Source of the DNA: an uncultured Actinomycetota bacterium
Lineage (GTDB): Bacteria; Actinomycetota; Actinomycetes; JAFAQI01
Assembly (NCBI GenBank): GCA_963770565.1
Contig: CAVYQE010000011.1
Location: forward strand, 967,371 to 1,031,370
DNA length: 64,000 nt
Direction of reading: 5' to 3'
In this document: in pieces, positions 36,385-48,600 of the stretch
How the letters are laid out: each line of letters begins with the position of its first letter
How positions within the stretch are numbered: the stretch's first letter is position 1
The notes under the pieces: generated by a model
The model's database searches: none
What the model was told of the DNA's origin: nothing
Seen by the model: only the letters and a program-made list of their open reading frames with translations
Position numbers and translations under genes: made by a program

Positions 36385-37123
36385 CCCGACCGAGCCGGCC
36401 CGGTTGACGTTGCTCCCGGCGGTCGACATCACCGCGGGCACGGCGGTGCGGCTCGTGCAGGGCGAGGCCGGCACCGAGACGTCGTACGGCGAGCCGCTCG
36501 ACGCCGCGCTCGCCTGGCAGTCCGGTGGCGCCGAGTGGGTGCATGTCGTCGACCTGGATGCCGCCTTCGGCCGCGGCACCAACCGCGAGCTGATCGCGGC
36601 TGTGGTCGGCCGGCTCGACATCGCGGTCGAGCTCTCGGGCGGCATCCGCGACGACGAATCGCTCGGCGCCGCGCTCGCGACCGGGTGTGCGCGGGTGAAC
36701 ATCGGCACCGCGGCGCTTGAACAACCCGAGTGGGTGCGGAGTGCAATCGCCGAGCATGGCGACCGGATCGCGGTCGGGCTGGACGTGCGGGGGACCACGC
36801 TGTCGGCCCGCGGGTGGACCGAGGACGGCGGCGAGCTGTTCGAGGTGCTCGCGCGACTGAACGCCGAGGGGTGCGCGCGCTACGTCGTCACCGATGTCCG
36901 CCGCGACGGGACCCTGACCGGCCCGAACCTCGACCTGCTGCGGGAGGTGTGCGCGGCCACCGACCGCCCGGTGATCGCCAGTGGCGGGGTGAGCAGCCTC
37001 GAGGACCTTCGCGCCCTTGCCGGTCTTGTCGCCGAGGGCGTCGAGGGGGCGATCGTGGGCAAGGCGCTCTACGCCGGTGCCTTCACGCTGCCCGAGGCCC
37101 TCGCGGCGGTGCGCCCGCACTAG
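36368..37123 (+). CDS. priA: Phosphoribosyl isomerase A (HisA/TrpF)
   Basis: [29 protein letters not shown]; no trpF in the trp cluster. Confidence 0.92.
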   Translation: MPVVADPTEPARLTLLPAVDITAGTAVRLVQGEAGTETSYGEPLDAALAWQSGGAEWVHVVDLDAAFGRGTNRELIAAVVGRLDIAVELSGGIRDDESLGAALATGCARVNIGTAALEQPEWVRSAIAEHGDRIAVGLDVRGTTLSARGWTEDGGELFEVLARLNAEGCARYVVTDVRRDGTLTGPNLDLLREVCAATDRPVIASGGVSSLEDLRALAGLVAEGVEGAIVGKALYAGAFTLPEALAAVRPH

Positions 37124-37133
37124 CGTCGATCAC

Positions 37134-37904
37134 GTGCCGGTCGCCGTCCGAGTGATCCCGTGCCTGGACGTCGACGCCGGCCGGGTCGTCAAAGGCGTGA
37201 ACTTCCGCGACCTGCGCGATGCCGGTGACCCGGTCGAGCTCGCCCGCCGCTACGCGGAGGAGGGTGCCGACGAGCTGGTCTTCCTCGACATCACCGCGTC
37301 GAGCAGCAGCCGGGAGACGACGTACGACGTGGTGCGCCGGACCGCCGAGCAAGTGTTCATCCCGCTGACGGTCGGTGGCGGCGTCCGGAGCGAGGCCGAT
37401 GTCGACCGGCTGCTGCGGGCCGGGGCCGACAAGGTCGGCGTCAACACCGCCGCGATCGCGCGGCCTGAGCTGATCGGCGAGATCGCGGCCCGCTTCGGTA
37501 ACCAGGTGCTCATGCTCTCGGTCGACGCGCGGCGGGTTGCCGGCGACATCACGACGCCGAGCGGCTTCGAGGTGACCACCCATGGCGGCCGGCAGGGGAC
37601 CGGCATCGATGCGGTCGAGTGGGCGGCGCGGGGGCAGCAGCTGGGAGCCGGCGAGATCCTGCTCAACTCGATGGACGCCGACGGCACGACCGCCGGGTTC
37701 GATCTTGAGCTGATCGAGGCGGTCCGGGCGGCGGTGAGCGTGCCGCTGATCGCCTCCGGCGGGGCGGGCGCGGCCGAGCACTTCCCGCCCGCGGTCGCGG
37801 CCGGCGCCGACGCCGTGCTCGCGGCGAGCGTCTTTCACTTCGGCACGGTCGGGATCGATGCGGTGAAGGACGCCCTGCGGGCCGCGGGCTGCGTGGTTCG
37901 CTGA
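37134..37904 (+). CDS. hisF: IGP synthase cyclase subunit
   Basis: [30 protein letters not shown]. Confidence 0.97.
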   Translation: MPVAVRVIPCLDVDAGRVVKGVNFRDLRDAGDPVELARRYAEEGADELVFLDITASSSSRETTYDVVRRTAEQVFIPLTVGGGVRSEADVDRLLRAGADKVGVNTAAIARPELIGEIAARFGNQVLMLSVDARRVAGDITTPSGFEVTTHGGRQGTGIDAVEWAARGQQLGAGEILLNSMDADGTTAGFDLELIEAVRAAVSVPLIASGGAGAAEHFPPAVAAGADAVLAASVFHFGTVGIDAVKDALRAAGCVVR

Positions 37905-37924
37905 GGCGGCGTAGCTCGGAACGG

Positions 37925-38122
37925 TCAGCGGACGAAGAAGTGCCAGCCGAGCCACCACCAGCCGAAGCCCACGGCGACCCGGCCGAACCGTCGGGCCGAG
38001 AGCTGGCCGAAGACGTCGGCGAGCGAGGCCAGCCGAGTGCCCTCGCGCCGGGCTGTCGCGGCCAGAACGACGACCACGAGGACCACCGCGACGTACCCCG
38101 CGACGAACAGGTCCCGGCTCAT
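37925..38122 (-). CDS. Small membrane protein (possibly DUF6186-like)
   Basis: 65 aa, two TM segments, WWWLGWHF C-terminus. Confidence 0.65.
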   Translation of the reverse strand: MSRDLFVAGYVAVVLVVVVLAATARREGTRLASLADVFGQLSARRFGRVAVGFGWWWLGWHFFVR

Positions 38123-38123
38123 C

Positions 38124-38522
38124 TCAGCGCCGGCTCAACCAGTAGCCGAAGCCGAGCCACAGCGCGAACCACAGCGCGCGAGCCGCGGGCGGGTCCAGCC
38201 ACGGGTTGACCAGGTCGCTGACGGTCGGGTGCGAGCGGTTGGCGCCGAGCACCAGCGCCAGGATCTCGACCACGATGATCGCGACGACGATCAGCCACCA
38301 CGCGAGCCAGCCGGTCCGGCTGCGGCCGGGGCGGACGGTCGAGGGACGGTGGGTGCGGATCGCGATCACGACTCCGATCGCGCCGGGGATGAAGGTGGCG
38401 ACCTCGGCCGGTCGGGTGAAGGTGGTGAAGTGCCCGGCCACCCATGAGTAGGCGACCGCTACTGCGACCACGAGTGCGGTGGCGCCGGGCCGGGAGCGCA
38501 GGCGCGCGACGACGGGAGCCAC
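38124..38522 (-). CDS. Membrane hypothetical protein (start uncertain)
   Basis: About 4 TM segments, HPTVSDL motif; abuts the small membrane gene. Confidence 0.6.
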   Translation of the reverse strand: MAPVVARLRSRPGATALVVAVAVAYSWVAGHFTTFTRPAEVATFIPGAIGVVIAIRTHRPSTVRPGRSRTGWLAWWLIVVAIIVVEILALVLGANRSHPTVSDLVNPWLDPPAARALWFALWLGFGYWLSRR

Positions 38523-38553
38523 GCCACGAGTTTGCGCCAGGCAGAATGGACAG

Positions 38554-38937
38554 ATGCCTGCGCCCGCCCGCCCGTCGTCGCTCGACCCGCGAATCGCCGA
38601 CCGGCTGAAGCGCGACGACCACGGCCTGATCGCCGCGGTCGCCCAACAGTGGGACACCGGTGAGGTCCTGATGGTCGGCTGGATGGACGACGAGGCCTTG
38701 CACCGCACCCTGACCACCGGGCGCTGCACCTACTGGAGTCGCAGCCGCGGTGACTACTGGGTGAAAGGCGAGACCTCGGGTCACCAGCAGTGGGTCAAAT
38801 CGGTTGCGCTGGACTGCGACGGTGACGCTGTGCTCGTTTCGGTCGACCAGATCGGCGCGGCCTGTCACACCGGTGATCGGCGCTGCTTCGATGCCGGCGG
38901 CGACCTCGGCGCCGTCGTCGGCGCCCCGGTCCGATGA
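38554..38937 (+). CDS. hisI: Phosphoribosyl-AMP cyclohydrolase
   Basis: YWSRSR, KGETSGH, DCDGD, ACHTG. Confidence 0.96.
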   Translation: MPAPARPSSLDPRIADRLKRDDHGLIAAVAQQWDTGEVLMVGWMDDEALHRTLTTGRCTYWSRSRGDYWVKGETSGHQQWVKSVALDCDGDAVLVSVDQIGAACHTGDRRCFDAGGDLGAVVGAPVR

Positions 38938-40469
38938 CCGGGAACGCCCCGAGCGGCGTGCCGGCCGACGGGGTGGTGGTGCCGGACCGCGACACCTTCC
39001 TGGCCGACATCGCGGAGCAGCGGGTAGTCCCCGTCGTCTGTCGCGTGCTGGCCGACGCCGAGACCCCGATCAGTGCTTACCGCAAACTCGCCCAGGGCCG
39101 GGTCGGCACCTTCCTGCTCGAGTCGGCCGAGCTCGGCGGGGTGTGGTCGCGCTACTCCTTCATCGGAGTCCGCTCGGCGGCTACGTTGTCGGAGCGCGAC
39201 GGCCACGCGGTGTGGACCGGGATCGGACCGGACGACCACCCGGACGATCCGCTCGACGCCCTGCGCGACGCGGCCGCCCGGCTCCGCACCCCGCGCCGGC
39301 CGGGATTGCCGCCGCTGACCGGCGGCCTGGTCGGATACCTCGGGTACGACGCGGTTCGGCGGATGGAGCGGCTGCCGTCGCTGGCAACCGACGATCTCGC
39401 GATGCCCGAGCTGCACTTCCTGCTCGCGACCGACCTCGCCGTGCTCGATCACCGGGATGGCTCCATCCTGTTGATTGCCAACGTGATTCGCGGCCTCACC
39501 CCGCACGCCGATGACGATCCGGGGGCGGCGTACGACGAGGCGGTGGCCCGGCTCGAGTCGATGACCGCGGACCTGTCGAAACCGGCCGAGTCGTCGGTCG
39601 CGACCCTCGACCGGAGCGCCGCTCCCGGCTACGAGGAGCGCTCGACCAAGGCCGAGTACATGGCCGCGGTCGAGCGCTCGAAGGAACACATCCGGGACGG
39701 CGACTGCTTCCAGATCGTCGTCTCGCAGCGGTTCGAGGTGCAGACGTCGGCGGATCCGCTCGACGTCTACCGCGCGCTCCGGGCATCGAACCCGTCGCCG
39801 TACATGTACTTGTTGCGCTTCGACGATCTCGACGTGGTCGGATCGTCGCCCGAGGCGTTGGTCAAGGTCGAGGCCGGGCGGGCGATGATGCACCCGATCG
39901 CGGGCACCCGGCCGCGCGGTGCGACCCCTGAGGAGGACGCCGCACTCGCCTCGGAGCTGTTGGCGGACCCCAAGGAGCGGGCCGAGCACGTGATGCTCGT
40001 CGACCTGGGCCGCAACGACCTCGGCCGGGTGTGCGCACCCGGCACGGTCGAGGTCGTCGACCTGATGTCGGTGGAGCGGTTCTCCCATGTCATGCACCTG
40101 GTGTCGACCGTGGTCGGCGACGTGGTCGAGGGCGCAAGCGCGCTCGACGTGCTGTGCGCCTGCTTCCCGGCCGGCACCCTTTCGGGCGCACCGAAGGTTC
40201 GCGCGATGGAGATAATCGAGGCCCTCGAACCCACCCGCCGCGGGCTCTACGGCGGCGTCGTGGGCTATGTCGACGTCGCCGGCGACCTCGACACCGCGGT
40301 GGCGATCCGCACCGTCGTGATGCGCGACGGCCGCGCCTATGTGCAGGCCGGCGCCGGCATTGTCGCCGACTCCGACCCGGCCACCGAGGACGCCGAGTCG
40401 CGGCAGAAGGCCGCCGCGGTCATCGGTGCACTGCAAGCCGCCGCGTCGCTTCGCCCGGCAGGAGCATGA
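38934..40469 (+). CDS. trpE: Anthranilate synthase component I
   Basis: [39 protein letters not shown]. Confidence 0.96.
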   Translation: MTGNAPSGVPADGVVVPDRDTFLADIAEQRVVPVVCRVLADAETPISAYRKLAQGRVGTFLLESAELGGVWSRYSFIGVRSAATLSERDGHAVWTGIGPDDHPDDPLDALRDAAARLRTPRRPGLPPLTGGLVGYLGYDAVRRMERLPSLATDDLAMPELHFLLATDLAVLDHRDGSILLIANVIRGLTPHADDDPGAAYDEAVARLESMTADLSKPAESSVATLDRSAAPGYEERSTKAEYMAAVERSKEHIRDGDCFQIVVSQRFEVQTSADPLDVYRALRASNPSPYMYLLRFDDLDVVGSSPEALVKVEAGRAMMHPIAGTRPRGATPEEDAALASELLADPKERAEHVMLVDLGRNDLGRVCAPGTVEVVDLMSVERFSHVMHLVSTVVGDVVEGASALDVLCACFPAGTLSGAPKVRAMEIIEALEPTRRGLYGGVVGYVDVAGDLDTAVAIRTVVMRDGRAYVQAGAGIVADSDPATEDAESRQKAAAVIGALQAAASLRPAGA

Positions 40470-41026
40470 CCGCTCGTCGGTCTCCGGCGGCCGCAGTGCT
40501 CGCCTGCGGGGTCAGCGGCTTGTTGGTGCTGCTGGCGAGCGGGCGGCAGTGGGCCCACACCACACTGACCGACGTCACGGGTCAGGGCCACTCGCACCTG
40601 TCGGTGACCGGTCACGTGGTTGCCCCCGCACTGCCCGCGCTCGGGATCGCGCTGCTGGCGTTGGCGGCCGCGATCCTGGCGGCCCGCGGCTGGATGCGGC
40701 GGGTGGTGGGCGTCGTCGTCGTACTGCTCGCCGGGACGACGGTGGGGGTGGCAATCGCCGCGCGCGGCGATGTGTCGGCAGCGCTGGAGGGCCGCGAGGT
40801 CGGCGCCCAGGGCCTGACCGTCCACGCGAGCGCGAACGGTTGGTGGCTGCTGGCCACCCTGGCCGGTCTCGTCGCCGTCCTTTCCGGTGTCCTCACCGTC
40901 TTCTACGGCCGGCAGTGGTCGGGCCTCGGCGCGAAGTACGACGGGCCCACCGCGCCGCGACCGACCAAGGATCCGGCCGCGGTTGCCTGGGAGGCCCTCG
41001 ACCGCGGTGAGGATCCGACTGCCTGA
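40466..41026 (+). CDS. Trp biosynthesis-associated membrane protein
   Basis: 4 TM segments, C-terminal WEALDRGEDPT; between trpE and trpC. Confidence 0.85.
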   Translation: MTARRSPAAAVLACGVSGLLVLLASGRQWAHTTLTDVTGQGHSHLSVTGHVVAPALPALGIALLALAAAILAARGWMRRVVGVVVVLLAGTTVGVAIAARGDVSAALEGREVGAQGLTVHASANGWWLLATLAGLVAVLSGVLTVFYGRQWSGLGAKYDGPTAPRPTKDPAAVAWEALDRGEDPTA

Positions 41027-41081
41027 GCCGGATTGCCGGGTGCGCGGCGGGGGCTTCTGATCGGCCCTCTACCCTGACTGG

Positions 41082-41888
41082 GTGTCGGTCCTCGATGACA
41101 TTCTCGCCGGTGTTCGCGAGGATCTCACGGAGCGTGAGCAGGTTCTGCCGCTCGACGCCGTGAAGCAGATGGCCGCCCGGCAGTCGCCCCCACGCGATGC
41201 GCTCGCCGCACTCAGCGGCCGTGGCGTCGCGGTGATCGCGGAGGTCAAGCGGGCCAGCCCAAGTGCCGGCCAGCTCGCTCCGATCGGCGATCCGGCCAGC
41301 CTGGCCAAGGAGTACGAAGCCGGCGGCGCTTCGGTGATCTCGGTGCTGACCGAGCAGCGCCGGTTCGACGGATCACTCGCCGATCTCGAGGCGGTCCGGG
41401 CCGCGGTCGCGTTGCCGGTGCTGCGCAAGGACTTCGTCGTGACCCCGTACCAGGTGTGGGAGGCCCGGGCGCACGGCGCCGACGCGGTCCTGCTCATCGT
41501 TGCGGCGCTGGAGCAGGGCGTCTTGGTCAGTCTGCGGGAGCGGATCGAGAGTCTCGGCATGACCGCCCTGGTCGAGGTGCACGACGAGGCCGAGGCGCTG
41601 CGCGCGCTCGAGGCGGGCGCCCGGGTGATCGGGATCAACAACCGCAACCTGCGCACCCTCGAGGTCGACCGGGACACCTTCGCGCGGATCGCCCCGCTGC
41701 TGCCGCCGCCGGTGATTCGCGTCGCCGAGAGCGGCGTGCGCGGCCCGCACGACCTGCTGGCCTGCGCGGCGGCGGGAGCCGACGCGGTGCTGGTCGGCGA
41801 GGGCCTGGTGAAGGCGGACGTGCCTCGCCAGGCGGTCGCCGACCTGGTGGCCGCGGGCGCCCATCCGTCCTGCCGACACCCGGCGTAG
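41082..41888 (+). CDS. trpC: Indole-3-glycerol phosphate synthase
   Basis: [29 protein letters not shown]. Confidence 0.96.
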   Translation: MSVLDDILAGVREDLTEREQVLPLDAVKQMAARQSPPRDALAALSGRGVAVIAEVKRASPSAGQLAPIGDPASLAKEYEAGGASVISVLTEQRRFDGSLADLEAVRAAVALPVLRKDFVVTPYQVWEARAHGADAVLLIVAALEQGVLVSLRERIESLGMTALVEVHDEAEALRALEAGARVIGINNRNLRTLEVDRDTFARIAPLLPPPVIRVAESGVRGPHDLLACAAAGADAVLVGEGLVKADVPRQAVADLVAAGAHPSCRHPA

Positions 41889-41896
41889 ATCCGCCG

Positions 41897-43099
41897 ATGA
41901 CCGAGCTCGGCGTCACCGCGCCCGCCGACGACGGGCGGTTCGGCCCGTACGGCGGACGCTACGTGCCGGAGGCCTTGATCGCGGCCCTCGACCAGCTCGC
42001 CGCTGTCTACGCCGACGCGCGGGCCGACCCGGAGTTCCGCGCCGAGTTCGCCCGGTTGCTCCGCGACTACGCGGGTCGCCCGTCGCTGCTGTACGACGCG
42101 CACCGCTTCTCCGCCGCGGTCGGGGCGCGGGTGCTGCTCAAGCGGGAGGACCTTAACCACACCGGTGCCCACAAGATCAACAACGTGCTCGGCCAGGCGC
42201 TGCTGACCCAGCGGATGGGCAAGCCGCGGGTCATCGCCGAGACCGGCGCTGGTCAGCACGGCGTCGCGACCGCGACCGCGGCGGCGTTGTTCGGGCTCGA
42301 ATGCGCGGTCTACATGGGCGAGGTGGACGTCGAGCGACAGTCGCTCAACGTCGCGCGGATGCGGCTGCTCGGCGCGAAAGTGATCCCGGTCGGCAGCGGC
42401 TCACGCACCCTGAAGGACGCAATGAACGAGGCGTTCCGGGACTGGGTCACCAACGTCGACACGACCCACTATGTGATCGGCTCGGTCGGCGGGCCGGCGC
42501 CGTTCCCGGGCATGGTGCGCGACTTCGCCTCGGTGATCGGTACCGAGGCGCGCGCGCAGAGTCTCGAATTGCTCGGCCGGCTGCCGGACGCGATTCTTGC
42601 TTGCGTCGGCGGCGGCTCGAACGCGATGGGGATCTTCACCGCCTTCATTCCCGACGAGTCGGTCCGGCTCTACGGTTTCGAGGCGGCCGGCGAAGGGATC
42701 GAATCCGGCCGGCATGCGGCGACGCTCACGGCCGGGTCGCCTGGCGTGCTGCACGGCGCACGCTCGTACGTGCTGCAGGACGAGGACGGCCAGACCCGCG
42801 AGTCGCACTCGATCTCAGCCGGCCTGGACTACCCGGGGGTGGGCCCGGAGCACGCGATGTTGAAGGACAGCGGCCGCGCGACGTACCTGCCGGTGACCGA
42901 CGCGGAGGCGATGGACGCCTTCCAGCTGCTCTGCCGCACCGAGGGGATCATCCCGGCGATCGAGAGCGCGCATGCCCTGGCCGGGGCGAGGGTCGTGGCC
43001 AAGGAGCTCGGCCCGGAGGCCATCCTGGTGGTGAACCTGTCCGGGCGCGGCGACAAGGACATGGACACTGCGGCTCGCTGGTTCGGGCTGGCGACGTGA
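41897..43099 (+). CDS. trpB: Tryptophan synthase beta
   Basis: [30 protein letters not shown]. Confidence 0.97.
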   Translation: MTELGVTAPADDGRFGPYGGRYVPEALIAALDQLAAVYADARADPEFRAEFARLLRDYAGRPSLLYDAHRFSAAVGARVLLKREDLNHTGAHKINNVLGQALLTQRMGKPRVIAETGAGQHGVATATAAALFGLECAVYMGEVDVERQSLNVARMRLLGAKVIPVGSGSRTLKDAMNEAFRDWVTNVDTTHYVIGSVGGPAPFPGMVRDFASVIGTEARAQSLELLGRLPDAILACVGGGSNAMGIFTAFIPDESVRLYGFEAAGEGIESGRHAATLTAGSPGVLHGARSYVLQDEDGQTRESHSISAGLDYPGVGPEHAMLKDSGRATYLPVTDAEAMDAFQLLCRTEGIIPAIESAHALAGARVVAKELGPEAILVVNLSGRGDKDMDTAARWFGLAT

Positions 43100-43911
43100 C
43101 GGTGCGGTCCGGCGAGGTGATCGCCGCGGCGAGAGCGTCCGGGCGGGCCGCACTTGTCGGCTACCTGCCAGCCGGGTTCCCGTCGTACGACGGATGCATG
43201 GACGCGATGCGCGCGCTCGTGGACGGCGGTGCCGATGTGATCGAGGTCGGGCTGCCTTACAGCGACCCGGTGCTCGACGGCCCGACCATCCAGGCCGCCA
43301 CCCAGCAGGCCTTGCGAGCAGGCATCCGGATCACGGACGTGCTCCGCACCGTCGAGGCAGTGGCCGCCTCCGGGGTCGCGACCGTGGTGATGACGTACTG
43401 GAACCCGGTCCTCGCCTACGGGCCCGAGCGGTTCGCGAAGGATCTCGCCGCGGCCGGCGGGGCGGGGCTCATCACGCCCGACCTCATCCCGGACGAGGCC
43501 GCCGAGTGGTTGGCGATCAGCACCGAGCTGGCGCTGGAACGGATCTTCCTGGTCGCACCGTCGTCGACCGACGCGCGGATCAGCTCGACCGCGGCGGCGT
43601 GCGAAGGCTGGATCTACGCCGCCTCGACGATGGGCGTCACCGGCGCGCGGACGTCGACGTCCACCGTTGCCCCCGCCCTCGTCGAGCGGGTGCGGGCGCA
43701 CTCCGCGCTGCCGATCGGCGTCGGCCTCGGGGTGTCGACCGGAGCGCAGGCGACCGAGGTCGCGGGGTACGCCGACGGTGTCATCGTGGGTTCGGCGTTC
43801 GTCCGCCTCCTGCTCGACGCCGCCGACGAGGCGAGCGGCGCGGCCGCGGTCGGGGCGTTGGCCGCCGAGCTGGCCGCCGGCGTTCGAACCACGGCGACCC
43901 CCGCCCCGTAA
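43096..43911 (+). CDS. trpA: Tryptophan synthase alpha
   Basis: [30 protein letters not shown]. Confidence 0.97.
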   Translation: MTVRSGEVIAAARASGRAALVGYLPAGFPSYDGCMDAMRALVDGGADVIEVGLPYSDPVLDGPTIQAATQQALRAGIRITDVLRTVEAVAASGVATVVMTYWNPVLAYGPERFAKDLAAAGGAGLITPDLIPDEAAEWLAISTELALERIFLVAPSSTDARISSTAAACEGWIYAASTMGVTGARTSTSTVAPALVERVRAHSALPIGVGLGVSTGAQATEVAGYADGVIVGSAFVRLLLDAADEASGAAAVGALAAELAAGVRTTATPAP

Positions 43912-43920
43912 TCTGAGGTT

Positions 43921-44784
43921 GTGCTCCCCGCCTACATTCCCAGCCCGTCGCGGGGGGTCATCCACCTCGGTCCGGTCCCGATCAGGGCCTATGCCCTGTG
44001 CATCATCGCGGGCGTCATCGTCGCCGCGATCGTCGGTGACCGGCGGCTCCAGCGCCGCGGCGGGCCCAAGGGCGCGATGGCAGACGTCGCGACCTGGGCG
44101 GTGCCGTTCGGCCTGGTGGGTGCACGGCTCTACCACTTGGCGACCAACCCGGAGCTCTATTGGGGTGGGCCGGGGCGGGCCGGCACGCTCGGTGCGCTGA
44201 AGATCTGGGACGGCGGGCTCGGGATCTGGGGCGGCGTGTTGTTCGGTGCGCTCGGCGCGTGGATCGCCTGCCGCCGCTACCACCTCAGCTACGCGATGGT
44301 GGCCGATGCGCTCGGTCCGGCGATGCCGCTGGCGCAAGCGGCCGGGCGATGGGGCAACTGGTTCAACCAGGAGCTCTACGGCCGGCCGACCGGGTTGCCA
44401 TGGGGTTTGCACATCGACCTGGCCCATCGGATCCCCGGCTATCTCAACGTCGCCTACTACCAACCGACCTTCCTGTACGAGTCGATCTGGGACGTCGGCG
44501 TGGCGCTGGTCGTGATCGCGGTCGACCGCAAGGTGCACTACACCCGCGGCCGGGCCTTCGCGCTGTACGTGATGCTCTACACGGTCGGCCGTGGGTGGAT
44601 CGAGGCCTTACGGATCGACGACGCGCACAAGTTCTTCGGGCTGCGGCTCAACGACTGGACCAGCATCGCGGTGTTCGCCGGTGCGCTTGCGTACTACGTG
44701 GTGACGCGTCCACGCTCAGGTGCCGACGACGCGCCCGGTGACACCGCCGTGGACCAGACCGAGGGACATACGCTGACGACATGA
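43921..44784 (+). CDS. lgt: Prolipoprotein diacylglyceryl transferase
   Basis: GARLYH, GRWGNWFNQELYG, PTFLYES. Confidence 0.95.
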   Translation: MLPAYIPSPSRGVIHLGPVPIRAYALCIIAGVIVAAIVGDRRLQRRGGPKGAMADVATWAVPFGLVGARLYHLATNPELYWGGPGRAGTLGALKIWDGGLGIWGGVLFGALGAWIACRRYHLSYAMVADALGPAMPLAQAAGRWGNWFNQELYGRPTGLPWGLHIDLAHRIPGYLNVAYYQPTFLYESIWDVGVALVVIAVDRKVHYTRGRAFALYVMLYTVGRGWIEALRIDDAHKFFGLRLNDWTSIAVFAGALAYYVVTRPRSGADDAPGDTAVDQTEGHTLTT

Positions 44785-45518
44785 CCGATGCGGCGGAGCT
44801 CGCGGCGACCGGCTCACCGGCCGGCGAGATCCATCACACCCACCGGGACGTCAACGGCGGCTGGCTGCGGCCGGCGGTGTTCGGTGCGATGGACGGCGTG
44901 GTCTCCAACGGGGCGCTGGTGGCCGGCGTGGCCGGTGCCAACACCACCACGCACGCGATCATTCTCAGCGGTTTGGCCGGCCTGCTGGCCGGATCGTTCT
45001 CGATGGCGGTCGGCGAATGGACCTCGGTCCAGTCGCAGGCGCAGCTGGTGCAGGCCGAGATCGCCAAGGAACGGACCGAGCTGGAGCGCAGCCCGCGGGC
45101 GGAAGAAGCCGAGCTGGCCGCGCTGTTCCGCCACCGGGGCCTGTCCTCCGAGCTGGCAACCCGGGTCGCCCGCGAGTTGTCGGGCGATCCGGACGAGACC
45201 TGGCGGATCCACGTGCGGGAGGAGCTCGGTATCGATCCCGACGACCAGCCGTCGCCGTACGTCGCCGGTCTATCGTCGTTCGTCACGTTCGCGCTCGGCG
45301 CATTCATCCCGCTGCTGCCGTACCTGCTGGGAGTGCACACGCTGCTGTGGTCACTCGCCCTCGGCGCGGTGGCCCTGCTCGCGATGGGGGGCGCGGTGGC
45401 GAAGTTCACCGGCAGTTCGCTCTGGGTCGGCTCGTTGCGGCACCTCGCCCTCGGTGCGGTCGCGGTTGCGGTCGTCTACGGCGTCGGGGCTGCGATCGGC
45501 GCGGGCGTTTCCGGTTAG
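44781..45518 (+). CDS. VIT1/CCC1 family Fe/Mn transporter
   Basis: LRPAVFGAMDG, SMAVGE, EELG. Confidence 0.9.
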   Translation: MTDAAELAATGSPAGEIHHTHRDVNGGWLRPAVFGAMDGVVSNGALVAGVAGANTTTHAIILSGLAGLLAGSFSMAVGEWTSVQSQAQLVQAEIAKERTELERSPRAEEAELAALFRHRGLSSELATRVARELSGDPDETWRIHVREELGIDPDDQPSPYVAGLSSFVTFALGAFIPLLPYLLGVHTLLWSLALGAVALLAMGGAVAKFTGSSLWVGSLRHLALGAVAVAVVYGVGAAIGAGVSG

Positions 45519-45662
45519 CTTTCCCGACCTGCTGGGGTAGCCTTCCCCTCGCAGGGCCAACGTCGTCCCGCGCCAGCGCAGATCGCGTTTTCGGGCGGCT
45601 CCTGTCATTCCTGGGTCGTCTGAGACGGGACCGGACTGACCGGAATACGGAGCTTGACGGCT

Positions 45663-48600
45663 ATGCCTGCATGGACCGCGCCTGCATCGACAGGACCCCC
45701 ATCGACTCGGCTGCCCCGCCGCCAGGGGTTGTACGACCCTGCGTACGAGCATGACTCCTGCGGCGTTGCTTTCGTCGCGGACATCCACGGCCGGCGCTCG
45801 CACTCGGTCGTTGCCGACGCGCTGACCGCGTTGCACAATCTCGACCACCGCGGCGCGTCCGGGGCCGAGGTCAACACCGGCGACGGCGCCGGGTTGCTGG
45901 TGCAGGTGCCCGACGCGTTCTTGCGGGCCGTGGTCGACTTCGAGCTGCCGAAGCCGGGGGCGTACGCGGTCGGCATGGTGTTCGTGCCCACTGACCCGGC
46001 CGCCTGTGCGGGCGCGGTCCGGGCGATCGAGCAGGTGGTCGCCGACGAGGGACTGCGCGTGCTCGGCTGGCGGGACGTGCCGGTCGAGCCGGCCTCGCTC
46101 GGCAGGACCGCGCTCGACGTCATGCCCGGCTTCAAGCAGGTCTTCGTCGCAGCGACCCGAGGTGAGATCGGCATGGCGCTCGAGCGCCGTGCGTTCTGTG
46201 CCCGCAAGCGGATCGAGCACGAGCTCGACTGCTACCTGCCGTCGCTGTCGAGCCGGACGCTGGTCTACAAGGGGATGCTGACGACCGACCAGCTGCCGGC
46301 GTTCTTCCCGGACGTCACCGACGAGCGATTCGCGGCCGCGATCGCGGTGGTGCACTCGCGGTTCTCGACGAACACCTTCCCGTCCTGGCCGCTGGCCCAT
46401 CCGTACCGGTTCGTCGCGCACAACGGCGAGATCAACACCGTGATGGGCAACCGCAACTGGATGCGGGCTCGCGAGGCGTTGCTGGCGAGCGACGTGATCC
46501 CCGGCGACCTCCGGCGGCTGTTTCCGATCATCACCCCGGGCTTGAGCGACTCCGCCAGCTTCGACGAGGTGCTCGAGCTACTCCACCTCGGCGGGCGGTC
46601 GCTGCCCCATGCGGTGCTGATGATGATTCCGGAGGCGTACGAGAACAACCACGAGATGGACCCGGCGCGCCGGGCCTTCTACGAGTTCCACTCGTGCGTG
46701 ATGGAGCCGTGGGACGGGCCGGCCTGCGTCGCGTTCACCGACGGCGAGGTGGTCGGCGCGGTGCTCGACCGCAACGGCCTACGGCCCTCGCGCTACTGGG
46801 TGACCGATGACGACCGGGTAATCCTGGCCTCGGAGGTCGGCGTCCTCGACATCGCGCCCGAGCGGGTGGTGCGCAAGGGTCGGCTCCAGCCGGGCCGGAT
46901 GTTCCTCGTCGACACCGCGGCCGGCCGGATCGTCGACGACGACGAGCTCAAGGCGGAGCTGGCCGCGGAGAACCCGTACCAGGACTGGCTGCACGCCGGT
47001 CTGCTCGACCTGCGCCGGCTGCCCGAACGCGAGCACATCGTCTACTCCCATGAGTCCGTCGTACGGCGTCAACAGGCCTTCGGCTACACCGATGAAGAGC
47101 TCCGGCTGCTGGTCGCGCCGATGGCGCGCGACGGCGCGGAGGCGATCGGCTCGATGGGGACGGACACACCGATCGCGGTGCTGTCCGACCGGCCGCGGTT
47201 GTTGTTCGACTACTTCACCGAGCTGTTCGCACAGGTCACCAACCCGCCGCTCGACGCGATCCGCGAGGCGCTCGTGACCTCGCTGTCGACCGCGACCGGT
47301 CCTGAACGCAACCTGCTCGACCCGACTCCCGCGTCGTGCCGCCAGATCACCCTGCCGTTCCCCGTGATCGACAACGACGATCTCGCCAAGATCATCCACG
47401 TCAACGATGACGGTGACCTGCCCGGCTTCGCGGCGACCGTCGTCAAGGGACTGTTTCCGGTCGCCGGCGGGGGAGCGGCGCTGCGAGCTGCGCTTGAGCG
47501 GATCCGGAGCGAGGTCAGTGCGGCGATCACGGCCGGCACCAGGCTGATCGTGCTCTCCGATCGCGACAGTGACGCAGAACTTGCGCCGATCCCGTCCCTG
47601 CTGCTGACCAGTGCAGTGCACCACCACCTGATTCGTGAGCGGACCCGCACCCAGGTCGGCCTGATCGTCGAAGCCGGTGATGTCCGCGAGGTGCACCACG
47701 TCGCGCTTCTGATCGGATACGGCGCGGCTGCAGTCAATCCGTACCTCGCGATGGAGTCGGTCGAAGACCTGGTCCGCCGCGACATCGTCACCGGCATCGA
47801 CCCGGGTGAAGCGATCCAGCACTACATCAAGGCACTCGGCAAGGGAGTGCTGAAGGTGATGAGCAAGATGGGCGTCTCGACGGTTGCGTCGTACACGGGT
47901 GCGCAGATCTTCGAAGCGCTCGGACTCGGGTCGGATGTCGTCGCGGAGTACTTCACCGGTACGACCTCACGGCTCGGGGGAATCGGACTCGACGAGATTG
48001 CGGCCGAGGTCGCGGCCCGCCACCGGCACGCCTACCCGCGGGTGCCGCACAAGCATCGAACGTTGTGGGTCGGCGGTGAGTATCAATGGCGGCGCGAGGG
48101 CGAGCTGCATCTGTTCAACCCGCAGACCGTGTTCAAGCTGCAGCACGCCACGCGCAGCGGTCGCTACGACGTGTTCAAGGAATACAGCTCGGCGGTCGAC
48201 GACCAGGCCGCCCGGCTGATGACGTTGCGCGGCATGTTCCGGTTCGCCGAGGGCGTGCGTCCGCCGGTGCCGATCGAGGAGGTCGAGCCGGTCTCCGCGA
48301 TTCTGAAGCGCTTTGCCACTGGCGCGATGTCGTACGGATCGATTTCGGCCGAGGCGCACGAGACGCTCGCGATCGCGATGAACGCGATCGGGGCGAAGTC
48401 CAACACCGGTGAGGGCGGCGAGGACGCCGACCGGCTGCACGACCCGTCGCGCCGGAGCGCGATCAAGCAGGTCGCGAGTGGCCGGTTCGGGGTGACGAGT
48501 GACTACCTGACCAACGCGACCGACCTGCAGATCAAGATGGCGCAGGGCGCGAAACCTGGTGAGGGTGGGCAGCTGCCCGGCCACAAGGTCTATCCGTGGA

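Noticed and set aside
29750-43911. Missing hisG, hisE, trpD, trpG and trpF as pathway loss
   Set aside because: These are usually unlinked in actinobacteria, and PriA covers TrpF.
45541-45548. CCTTCCCC before gltB as an sRNA target
   Set aside because: It overlaps the putative -10 box and discriminator, so it is probably not transcribed.
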